DNA of 51,521 nt from Bryobacteraceae bacterium (GTDB lineage Bacteria > Acidobacteriota > Terriglobia > Bryobacterales > Bryobacteraceae), in the NCBI GenBank assembly GCA_049582585.1, contig JBAUUG010000446.1, positions 1-51,521 of the forward strand, read 5' to 3'. The stretch's first letter is position 1; the number at the start of each line of letters is the position of its first letter. A program made the translations under genes and the position numbers. The notes beneath the pieces were generated by a model. It ran no database searches, was not told the origin of the DNA, and saw only the letters and a program-made list of their open reading frames with translations. Shown here in pieces: positions 19,475-27,659 of this stretch.

Positions 19475-19610
19475 GATGTGAGTGACGCCTTTCAGACTGT
19501 GGCCGAGCTGTGAGGCAGAACACTTCTTCGCTGTATCTGCATTTGGGTAAAGCGAACGGCTGGAACGTAAATCTTGACGCGCATGATATTTTGCGCCCGA
19601 AAAGGATGCT

Positions 19611-20420
19611 ATGAATTACAGGAGTCTTCCAATAGCCGCGGTTTCTGTTGCTGTCGGTGTCGTCGCCATGGCGCAAACGCAAGAGGTGGCCGGCAAAGCG
19701 CCACCTCCGAAATACGAACCGGCGTCGGTAGAAAGAGGCCGGCAAACGTTTGCCTCCACCTGCGGCTTCTGCCATGGCGCAACCGCGAAGGGCGGCGAGA
19801 AAGGTCCGGACCTACTGCGCTCCGTCCTGGTGTTGGATGACGAGAATGGCAAGAGTATAGCCCCTGTGATCCTCAAGGGCCGTCTCGACAAGGGCATGCC
19901 CCGGTTCCCGTTGTCGCCGAATCAGATCGCCGACATAGCCAACTTTCTCCACAATTCCATCCTGAGTGCGGCCGACCGCGACAGCTACAAGATTTTGAAC
20001 ATAGTAACCGGCGATGCAAAGGCGGGAGCGGCCTACTTCAAAACCAACTGCACCCGCTGCCACTCAGCGACTGGCGATTTGAAGGGTATTGCGTCCAAAT
20101 ATGAGCCGGTCACGCTGCAGGGCAGATTCATCCAGCCGAACCCGTCCTGGACCGAAGGCACTCCGCCGCATACCGTCTTTTTCCTCTCTGTGACAGTGAC
20201 GTTGCCCTCCGGCGAGTCCTTCACAGGTGTGCCAACGGCTCTTGACGACTTCAACGTGTCCTTGCGAGATCAGGATGGCAACTACCACTCATTCAGGCGG
20301 ACCCAAAGTGGTCCGAAGGTCGAAATTCACAATCGCCTCCAGGCGCATCTGGATCTCGTCACCCGCTATAGCGACGAAGATATCCACAACATCACCGCCT
20401 ATTTGGTGACCCTCAAATGA
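19611..20420 (+). CDS. Dihaem c-type cytochrome (periplasmic)
   Basis: Signal peptide MNYRSLPIAAVSVAVGVVAMAQ. Two CxxCH motifs (CGFCHG, CTRCHS). Its stop overlaps the dehydrogenase start (ATGA). Confidence 0.85.
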   Translation: MNYRSLPIAAVSVAVGVVAMAQTQEVAGKAPPPKYEPASVERGRQTFASTCGFCHGATAKGGEKGPDLLRSVLVLDDENGKSIAPVILKGRLDKGMPRFPLSPNQIADIANFLHNSILSAADRDSYKILNIVTGDAKAGAAYFKTNCTRCHSATGDLKGIASKYEPVTLQGRFIQPNPSWTEGTPPHTVFFLSVTVTLPSGESFTGVPTALDDFNVSLRDQDGNYHSFRRTQSGPKVEIHNRLQAHLDLVTRYSDEDIHNITAYLVTLK

Positions 20421-22059
20421 AAACGAATTTTCTGCTGAAGATTGGACTCGCTTTGCTGCCAGCCTGCGCGTCCGCGCAAATGCTCGACCCGGCTCTGCTT
20501 GCGAAGCCCGCGACCGATGCGTGGCCCACGTACAACGGCGACTATTCCGGACGCCGCTTCAGCACGTTGGCGCAAATCAATCAGAGCAACGTGAAACATC
20601 TAAGCCTCGCGTGGGTCTTTCGCGTGAAAGTGGGGCTCACGCCAAACGCCATCATAGGCGGCGAAGGGCCATTGCCGGAAGGTCCCCCCAGCGATCCCGG
20701 CGTCTCCACCATCAAAGCCACTCCGCTAATGGTGAACGGCGTGTTATATCTCTCCACTCCCGACAATGCCTGGGCGGTGGATGCGCGCTCTGGCCGCGAA
20801 CTGTGGCATTACTTTTGGAAGACCCAGGGCGGCATCCATATTGGCAATCGCGGGATGGGGATGTATGGCAACTGGCTCTACTTTGAAACGCCCGATAACT
20901 ACCTCGTTTCGCTTGAGGCGAACACGGGGAAAGAGCGCTGGCACGTCAAAATCGCCGACGTGAAGCAGGAGTACTTTTCGACACCCGCCCCTGTCATCGT
21001 TGGCAACCATGTGATTGTCGGGACCGGAGGCGATTCGTTGGACGTACCCGGCTTTCTAGAGGCGCATGATCCGGAGACGGGAGCAATCCAGTGGAAATGG
21101 TGGAGCGAGCCGCTAAAAAAGGCGATCCCGGCTTCGACAGTTGGCCCGACGAGTACTCCATGCGGCACGGCGGAGGAATGACTTGGTTACCGGGCACCTA
21201 TGACCCGGAGCTTCATCTTTACTATCTCGGCACGGGTAATCCAAATCCCGTTCTCACCGGCCGCAGCCGCAAGGGCGATGACCTCTACACGTGCTCCATT
21301 GTTGCGCTGAATGTCGATACCGGGAAGCTGGCGTGGTATTTCCAACCCTCGCCGCACGATACCCACGATTGGGATGCTGTACAGACCCCGATTCTGATTG
21401 ATGGCGAGATTGACGGCAGGCCGCGTAAGTTGTTGGCACAGGCTAACCGCAACGGCTACTTCTTTTTGCTGGATCGGGTGACCGGAAAAAATCTGGTAAC
21501 CGCGTCCATGATCAAGACCATGAATTGGTCAAATGGTGTGAATCCCAGCGGTCAGCCTGTACCGAATCCAGCAAAGGAAGCCACGATATCCGGTGTGCTG
21601 GTTTCGCCACCCAGCGGCGGGGCAACGAACTGGCCTCCTCCGAGTTTCGATCCGGAAACCGGACTTTTCTATGTGGGAACGTCGCAGCAGTACAGCATGT
21701 TTTATTTGACCGACACCGACCCTCACCCCGAAGGATGGGGCGCGGCGGAACGCGATGCCGGCTATTTCGGCGGTGACCTGGAGGCCATCAATTACAAAAC
21801 CGGCAAGGTTGTTTGGGACCATCACTATCCATTTGGCGGCGGAGCCGTCGGCATTTTGACAACTGCTGGAAAGCTTCTATTTACTGGTGATGGTGCGCAG
21901 CACCTGGTAGCATTCGATCCTGCAACCGGTGAAATCCTATGGCATGCTGGACTTTCGGACGATGTTAGTAACGGCCCCGAGACGTATGCCCTGGACGGCT
22001 TGCAATACCTGACCGTGGGCGCTGGCGATTCGCTTTATTCGTTCACTGTGGAGCCGTGA
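20417..22059 (+). pseudogene. PQQ-dependent dehydrogenase (methanol/ethanol quinoprotein family), in two frames (ORFs 20417-21181 and 21091-22059)
   Basis: Signal peptide, then WPTYNGDYSGRRFSTLAQINQSNVKHLSLAW. The propeller continues in the -1 frame: KKGDPGFDSWPDEYSMRHGGGMTW, YDPELHLYYLGTGNPNP, HDTHDWD, ANRNGYFFLLDRVTGK. Joined length is about 547 aa, normal for the family. Confidence 0.85.
21115..21121 (+). other. Frame-change point: A6 run forming an A_AAA_AAG heptamer in the zero frame
   Basis: Zero-frame codons are CTA AAA AAG. Re-reading one A gives AAA AAA GGC GAT CCC (KKGDPG), which restores the family alignment. GGAG at 21102-21105 lies 9 nt upstream. Confidence 0.75.
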
Positions 22060-22104
22060 TGCCACCAAAGTGCGGCGATAGTAAACGGTAACCCTAATGT
22101 GACC

Positions 22105-22467
22105 TCAAACCGGCAGGCCCACGAGAGCACAATCTAGCGCCTGCAACTGCCGAATCATCCTCAATCGAAGGCGCAAAGATCGGGGAGCGGACGAGTCCTT
22201 CGTCATTTGCGTATTCCCGACTCCAGGTGTTTGCTCAGTGCGGGCTGTAACCCCGTTGCGGAGCTCCATCGCGCATTTGAAAGTGACCCATCCGTCATCG
22301 CCGAACGTAATCTTAAGCGGCTGTCGGAAGCCTTCATGGGCAGCCTTATAGACTTGCTTGATCTTGTCGAAGACTTGGAGGTATTGCTCGCGCTCCTCCA
22401 CGGCCGCGTCAGTTTTGAGCAGTTCCCTAATTTCACGGAGGCGTTGCAGCTTTTCTTTCGGAAGCAT
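22105..22467 (-). CDS. Hypothetical protein (start uncertain; ORF is open to 22797)
   Basis: MLPKEKLQRLREIRELLKTDAAVEEREQYLQVFDKIKQVYKAAHEGF... looks protein-like. No family recognised. The longest version overlaps the Tat-signal start of the next gene. Confidence 0.35.
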   Translation of the reverse strand: MLPKEKLQRLREIRELLKTDAAVEEREQYLQVFDKIKQVYKAAHEGFRQPLKITFGDDGWVTFKCAMELRNGVTARTEQTPGVGNTQMTKDSSAPRSLRLRLRMIRQLQALDCALVGLPV

Positions 22468-22748
22468 AATCACATCCGCATTGCAGAGCTTAACCACAGC
22501 CGTCGATGCTGTTCCACGAACGCCTCTCGAGCGCGAACACGGCCCGAATGTAGAAACGACGGTTGGCTTTCTGCGCGAAGGAAGGATCCGGTTGTCCTCC
22601 ACCAGATTCGTGTTTCCCACTACGCCGGACGGATTGACGACCCTATGGTGGCCGATAAGCACAACGCTTCCTAATCGAAATAAGTCGTCGGTAATGGCCT
22701 GGTGACGATTGATCCGCGAGAGCGATCGGGCTGATATTCTGTTGTCGA

Positions 22749-24434
22749 ATGTCGCTAAACCGCCGCGGATTCTGCAGCTCGCTTGGCGCCTCCGCATTGT
22801 CCATGGGGTTCAAAGCTGCAAATCCGAATCGCGCTCTGAGATCCGCCGACATCATCGGCGGGCCGACGAGCATCCATGTATTCACCGAGAACGAAACGCT
22901 GCAGCTCAAGCGAGACCGGACGTCGTGGTCGGCTGACGGCATCCTCGTAAGCACAGAAGCCGGCGCGAATCAACCGTCGTTGCGTGTCTCCATTTCCAGC
23001 CCCACGCAGCGTCTGCTTCGCCTCCGCCTTCGCTGGCAGGGAAGTTTGCCACATCCAGAGCGGATTTTAGGGGACGCCTGGGAGAGAAGTTATGGCGATC
23101 TGGGCTGGTATCCCCTCCAGCCGGAGCGAATCCTTCCTTGGTATTTTCTCGCGGGCAGCGGGGAAAGTTATATCGGCATGGGAGTGCAAACCGGTGCAGG
23201 CGCTCTCTGTTTCTGGCAAACGACTCCGTCGGATCTTGTCTTGTGGCTGGACGTGCGAAACGGGGGCCGGGGAGTTGAACTCGGTAACAGGAGTCTGCCG
23301 GCGGCCACTGTTATCTCGGAAGACTATGAGCGGCACAGCGGGTTCGAGGCTGCCCGGAAGCTCTGCCGAAGAATGGCGCAAGACGGTATTTTCATGCCTG
23401 CCCCGATGTACGGCGGCAACAACTGGTATTACGCTTACGGCCACAGCTCGGCGGACAACATCCGAGCTGATACCGAGCGCATCGCGTCCTGGGCTCCCTC
23501 GGGTCCTAATCGTCCTTTTATGGTCATCGATGATGGATGGTCGCCGTATGCCACGACAGGCCCATGGAAAGAGGGAAAGGCACAGTTCCCCGATATGGCG
23601 CGACTTGCGTCGGACATGCTGGGCATGGGCGTCAAGCCCGGACTCTGGTTTCGGCCCCTCAGCACGAAGGACACGGTTTCTGAAACTCTGTTGCTTAAAA
23701 GTAAGTTTGCGGAATCGCTCTACGCGAACGAACAGCTGTGCACCCTTGATCCGACCGTCGAGGGTGCGGCGGAGCACATCAAAACCGATGTTAAGCGGCT
23801 GTGCGGCTGGGGATTTCAACTCCTCAAACACGATTTCTCGACTTTCGATCTGCTAGGCCGTTGGGGTTTCCAGATGGGATCTGAAATCACCCAGAGCCAA
23901 TGGAACTTTGCCGATCGAACGCGTACAAACGCCGAGATTGTTCGGGCGTTTTACCGCACCCTGCGTGAAGCCGCCGGTACCACACCTTTGCTGGGCTGCA
24001 ACACGATCGGGCATTTATCCACCGGGTTGTTCGAGGTCGAGCGTATAGGGGACGACACCAGCGGGCGGGATTGGTCGCGCACGAGAAAGATGGGAGTCAA
24101 TACTCTCGCATTCCGCTCGCCGCAACAAGGCGCTTTCTTTGACGTGGACGCCGACTGTGTCGGCCTCACTAACGCCATCCCGTGGTCGCTCAACCGTAGA
24201 TGGCTCGATTTGTTGGCTCGCAGCGGCACTCCGTTGTTCGTTTCCGCGGCGCCGGACGCAATTAAACAGGAGCAGCGGGACGCACTGCGCGAAGCCTTCT
24301 CGCGCGCCGCCCTTAGGCAACCGCTTTGTGAGCCGCTCGACTGGTTTGCGACCACTCAACCAGAGCATTGGCGGCTTGGCGCTAACGTGTCGCATTTCGA
24401 CTGGTACTCCGAAGACACCTCCTTACCGATTTGA
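22749..24434 (+). CDS. Tat-exported glycoside hydrolase, alpha-galactosidase-like (clan GH-D, GH36/GH27-like)
   Basis: Twin-arginine signal MSLNRRGFCSSLGASAL. GGNNWYYAYG, FMVIDDGWSP, GVKPGLWFRPL and GFQLLKHDFS resemble the DDGW / GLW.EP / K.D blocks of alpha-galactosidases. Confidence 0.65.
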   Translation: MSLNRRGFCSSLGASALSMGFKAANPNRALRSADIIGGPTSIHVFTENETLQLKRDRTSWSADGILVSTEAGANQPSLRVSISSPTQRLLRLRLRWQGSLPHPERILGDAWERSYGDLGWYPLQPERILPWYFLAGSGESYIGMGVQTGAGALCFWQTTPSDLVLWLDVRNGGRGVELGNRSLPAATVISEDYERHSGFEAARKLCRRMAQDGIFMPAPMYGGNNWYYAYGHSSADNIRADTERIASWAPSGPNRPFMVIDDGWSPYATTGPWKEGKAQFPDMARLASDMLGMGVKPGLWFRPLSTKDTVSETLLLKSKFAESLYANEQLCTLDPTVEGAAEHIKTDVKRLCGWGFQLLKHDFSTFDLLGRWGFQMGSEITQSQWNFADRTRTNAEIVRAFYRTLREAAGTTPLLGCNTIGHLSTGLFEVERIGDDTSGRDWSRTRKMGVNTLAFRSPQQGAFFDVDADCVGLTNAIPWSLNRRWLDLLARSGTPLFVSAAPDAIKQEQRDALREAFSRAALRQPLCEPLDWFATTQPEHWRLGANVSHFDWYSEDTSLPI

Positions 24435-24493
24435 CCAGCGCGGCGTCACTACCCTAAGAGTCCGCTCTTTTTACTCAGATACCGACTCCAACG

Positions 24494-25837
24494 TCAACCG
24501 AAAATGTTCCTGTTCAGATATCCATTCCTGAACTTCCCGCGCGGATCATATTCCTTCAGCATCTCCCGATACTGCGGCAACTTCTCATAAAGACCGTCCA
24601 GCCGTGAAGGGGCCATGGTGAAAACCTTCGCCCAATGCGGCCTCGCATCAAACGGCGCCAGTTGCTCTTCAATCATCGGCAGCACGTTTCTGACAGCCTC
24701 GCCTTCCGGTTTCCAGGTAAAGTGGATCGTCATAGACGCGCGTTTGTAGCAAGTGCTCATCCAAAGATTGTCAGCCGCAATAGTGCGCAATTCTGTAATC
24801 AGCAAGTGCGGTGTGATGTGGTCCCGCAGTTTTTCTACCGCAAGGATCGCCTCATATCCTTTTTCCCGAGGCACAAAATACTCCGATTGCAGCTCATCCC
24901 CGGTGCTCGGTGTAAAGTTCATTTTGAAATGCGGCAGCCGTTCATACCAGGGTCCCGGAATGCCCATCTGCTCCGTGCAATTCTCAGCCGACTGCCCCTC
25001 CACCGGATGCAGTTTCCTGGTTGCGAGCTTTGCTCCAAAAAATTCCGGTCTCAATGCAGAAGACTCGCCCTGATCAACCCGGCTCTTGATCCAAACCTGC
25101 GTGATGTTATGGTTCTGCCAATCGGTGAATAGGCTGACGCTGTAACCGCTCGAAAAGATTTCATCCAGATGATGTTCCAATTCGTTCATGGATAGGTTCC
25201 GATAAACGACCTGTCTCATGTCATATCTTGGCTGGACGTCAAGCCTGAGATTAGTGACTACTCCGAACCCTCCCAAATCAACCACCGCTCCCTGGAACCG
25301 CTCACCGTCTTTTTCGCGGGAGAGCCTCACGATTTCACCATCGCCGGTGACGATCTCTAGCCCCGAGACAGCCGTCGCCAGATTGCCGTTCTTGATACCG
25401 GAGCCGTGAGTTGCAGTGGAGCGCGCGCCCGCGACTGAGATATGCGGCAATGAGGCTAGGTTGTGGAGCGCAAAGCCGTGGGTATCGAGATATGGGCACA
25501 GTTGACCATAATTAACGCCTCCACCCACCATCACTGTTCGCGACCTTTCGTCCAGTGTCATCTGATCCAGGCGCTTCAGCGAGATTTGATCGCCGCTAGT
25601 GTCGGCGATATCGTTGAAAGAATGTCGCGAGCCGAGAGTCTTCACTTTGTCCCGGCTCTTCACGATATCTCGAACTTCTTCGACGGTCCCGGGAACATCT
25701 AACTGCTTCGCGCGGTATTGATAATTGCCGGCCCAGTTCTTTCGCGCCGACCCTTGCTGCTCACCGCCTGCCAAGCGCGACAGAATGCCACCCGTAACCA
25801 AGGCGCCCGCTGTTTTCAAGAAGTTTCTTTTATTCAT
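24494..25837 (-). CDS. Tat-exported FAD-binding oxidoreductase, D-arabinono-1,4-lactone oxidase (ALO) / alditol oxidase-like
   Basis: Start at MNKRNFLKTAGALVTGGIL. NWAGNYQY..P.TVEEVRDIV, VKTLGSRHSFNDIADT and GGGVNYGQL (FAD_binding_4). C-terminal ALO-like FDARPHWAK. Confidence 0.85.
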   Translation of the reverse strand: MNKRNFLKTAGALVTGGILSRLAGGEQQGSARKNWAGNYQYRAKQLDVPGTVEEVRDIVKSRDKVKTLGSRHSFNDIADTSGDQISLKRLDQMTLDERSRTVMVGGGVNYGQLCPYLDTHGFALHNLASLPHISVAGARSTATHGSGIKNGNLATAVSGLEIVTGDGEIVRLSREKDGERFQGAVVDLGGFGVVTNLRLDVQPRYDMRQVVYRNLSMNELEHHLDEIFSSGYSVSLFTDWQNHNITQVWIKSRVDQGESSALRPEFFGAKLATRKLHPVEGQSAENCTEQMGIPGPWYERLPHFKMNFTPSTGDELQSEYFVPREKGYEAILAVEKLRDHITPHLLITELRTIAADNLWMSTCYKRASMTIHFTWKPEGEAVRNVLPMIEEQLAPFDARPHWAKVFTMAPSRLDGLYEKLPQYREMLKEYDPRGKFRNGYLNRNIFG

Positions 25838-25856
25838 TTTCTGTTGAAATAATGAC

Positions 25857-26804
25857 ATGTCTAAAGTCGCCATTGTCGGCTGCGGCGCGATGGGCTCGGT
25901 TTATGCCGCGCTCATGGCCGATGCAGGTCACGAAATTCATGCGGTTACGCTGTGGCCCGACCACGCGGAGGGGATGGCCGCAAATGGCCTGCGCTGCGAG
26001 GGTGCGAGCGGTGACCGGACGGTGCGCCTGCACGCGTCGACAACCACCGATGGTATCGGCCATTGCGACCTGGTCATAATCGCCAGTAAAGCGTTCGATG
26101 CCGAGGCTGCCGCGCGTTCCTGCTTGCCCTTACTCGGCCCTGAGACGGTGGTTCAGGCCATTCAGAACGGTCTCGGCGCGGCTGATCTCGTCGCTCCCAT
26201 CGTCGACCCCGATCGTTTAGCCGTCGGTGTCGCCGGAGGTTTTGGAGCTTCCATGCGCGGACCTGGCCACGTCCACCATAACGGCATGGAGATGATTCGA
26301 TTCGGCGCCTATGGCGGGCTGCCCAAGCGGCTTTTGCAAGCCTCCGCCGAAATCTGGGAATCGGCTGGATTCAGAGTCGCGCTGTTCGATGACATCACGC
26401 GCATGGTCTGGGAAAAGCTCATCATGAACGTCACGTTCTCCGGAACTTGCTGCGTCACCGGCTTCACCATCGGCGAAGTGATGAAGGATCCAGATGCCTG
26501 GAGCGTGGCTCTCGGTTGCGCCCAAGAGGCCCTGGCGGTCGCCGGCGCGGCCGGCATCCAACTCGACGTCGGCAATCCCATCGAGCACATCCGCAAGCTC
26601 GGCGGAAAGATCTCGAACGCCCGGCCCTCCATGCTCTTGGATTACATTGCCGGCCGGAAAGGCGAGGTCGACTTCATCAACGGCTCAATCTCTCGCCTGG
26701 GTAAAAAGCTGCACGTGCCGACGCCTGTGAATGACACCTTGGTCGCCATCATCAAAGCCCGCGAGGCCGCTATCGTGGATACGGATGTCCGCGCAATGTC
26801 GTGA
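25857..26804 (+). CDS. panE: 2-dehydropantoate 2-reductase (ketopantoate reductase, ApbA/PanE family)
   Basis: MSKVAIVGCGAMGSVYAALMADAGHEI Rossmann N-terminus. WEKLIMNV and PSMLLDYIAGRKGEVDFINGSI (the family's SM..D...GR.TE.d.inG block). Confidence 0.85.
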   Translation: MSKVAIVGCGAMGSVYAALMADAGHEIHAVTLWPDHAEGMAANGLRCEGASGDRTVRLHASTTTDGIGHCDLVIIASKAFDAEAAARSCLPLLGPETVVQAIQNGLGAADLVAPIVDPDRLAVGVAGGFGASMRGPGHVHHNGMEMIRFGAYGGLPKRLLQASAEIWESAGFRVALFDDITRMVWEKLIMNVTFSGTCCVTGFTIGEVMKDPDAWSVALGCAQEALAVAGAAGIQLDVGNPIEHIRKLGGKISNARPSMLLDYIAGRKGEVDFINGSISRLGKKLHVPTPVNDTLVAIIKAREAAIVDTDVRAMS

Positions 26805-27222
26805 ATGCCCGATAGATCTGTTCCGCGAGCATCGCCCGCGCGAGTTCATGCGGAAATGTCATAGCAGAAAGAGAAAGCAGCAGGTCCGCGCGCCCTTTCC
26901 ATTCAGGCGGAAGTCCCTCATGACCGCCGATGAGAAACACCACATCCTGCCCCTCCCGCTCGGCCCGCTCGACAATTTCAACAAACTGCGCCGAATCGAG
27001 GCTGCGGCCTGCCGGATCGAGAAAGATCTTGCGCGCGGCGCTGTGCCTCGCGAACAGATCAAACCGCCGCGGAACAATCTCGCGCATCTCGCAGTGGGCG
27101 TAACGCGCGCTCCGTTTCAAAAACTCCGAAGCGATGGCGTTCGCGTGGGCATCCCTGGGCTTGCCGATGTAATAAACGAAGACCTTCACGTATCCGTACT
27201 TTGCCACAGAAGCACTATTCAC
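26770..27222 (-). CDS. rlmH: 23S rRNA (pseudouridine1915-N3)-methyltransferase RlmH (SPOUT)
   Basis: VKVFVYYIGKPRD.., VVFLIGGHEGLPPEW and SLSAMTFPHELARAMLAEQIYRAFTTLRGHPYPR. The true start may be the GTG at 27189. Confidence 0.85.
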   Translation of the reverse strand: MNSASVAKYGYVKVFVYYIGKPRDAHANAIASEFLKRSARYAHCEMREIVPRRFDLFARHSAARKIFLDPAGRSLDSAQFVEIVERAEREGQDVVFLIGGHEGLPPEWKGRADLLLSLSAMTFPHELARAMLAEQIYRAFTTLRGHPYPR

Positions 27223-27265
27223 TGGAAGCGTACGCGCCTGGGAAAAATCAATTCTTTTTCTCTCC

Positions 27266-27315
27266 TTGACAGCTTAGGAAAGAGCATGATACACTCCTCA
27301 CTAACTTAGGAGTGT
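27266..27315 (+). promoter_or_regulatory. Candidate sigma70-type promoter plus 8-bp perfect inverted repeat (putative PadR operator / SD-sequestering hairpin)
   Basis: TTGACA (27266-27271), an 18-nt spacer, then TACACT (27290-27295). ACACTCCT (27291-27298) and AGGAGTGT (27308-27315) are exact reverse complements 9 nt apart. The distal arm contains the padR SD (AGGAG). Confidence 0.45.
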
Positions 27316-27317
27316 GC

Positions 27318-27659
27318 ATGTCCGGCCCGGCCCAGCTTCTTCCAGGAACTCTCGACCTCCTTATTCTGAAGGCAGTCTCTCTCGGTCCTCTTCATGGCTA
27401 CGGCGTTCTTTTACGCATCGGGCAAATCTCCCAGCAAGCCCTCCTCATTGAGCAGGGAGCGCTTTATCCCGCATTGTTCCGTCTGGTGCGCCAGGGGCTG
27501 CTGAAGGCGAGCTGGGGAGTCTCGGATAACAATCGCCGCGCCAAGTTTTATGAGCTCACCCCCGCGGGCCGCAAGCGTTTTCGTGAAGAGACCGAAGGCT
27601 GGAATCGCTTAGCGACCGCCATGACCACTGCCCTTGCCGCACAACCGGAGGAAGCATGA
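27318..27659 (+). CDS. PadR-family transcriptional regulator (acidobacterial PadR subtype)
   Basis: LLPGTLDLLILKAVSLGPLHGYGVLLRI...IEQGALYPALFRLVRQGLL..WGVSDNNRRAKFYELTPAGRKRF is the winged-helix PadR signature. Its stop overlaps the next start (ATGA). Confidence 0.9.
   Translation: MSGPAQLLPGTLDLLILKAVSLGPLHGYGVLLRIGQISQQALLIEQGALYPALFRLVRQGLLKASWGVSDNNRRAKFYELTPAGRKRFREETEGWNRLATAMTTALAAQPEEA

Noticed and set aside
21122-21180. Downstream stem-loop that would support programmed -1 frameshifting in the PQQ dehydrogenase.
   Set aside because: Checking by eye found no stable hairpin within ~60 nt of the heptamer. The frameshifting idea is therefore kept only as a minority hypothesis.
22207-22674. 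Plus-strand 155-aa ORF as the real gene between the PQQ dehydrogenase and the glycosidase.
   Set aside because: The minus-strand frame gives a more protein-like sequence (KEKLQRLREIRELL..QVFDKIKQVYKAAHEGF). Neither frame matches a family, so only the minus ORF is listed, at low confidence.
26770-26804. 35-nt convergent overlap of the panE and rlmH 3' ends as a possible antisense regulatory feature.
   Set aside because: The rlmH C-terminus (..GHPYPR) is the normal family end. The overlap involves only the poorly conserved panE tail. Such overlaps are common in compact high-GC genomes.
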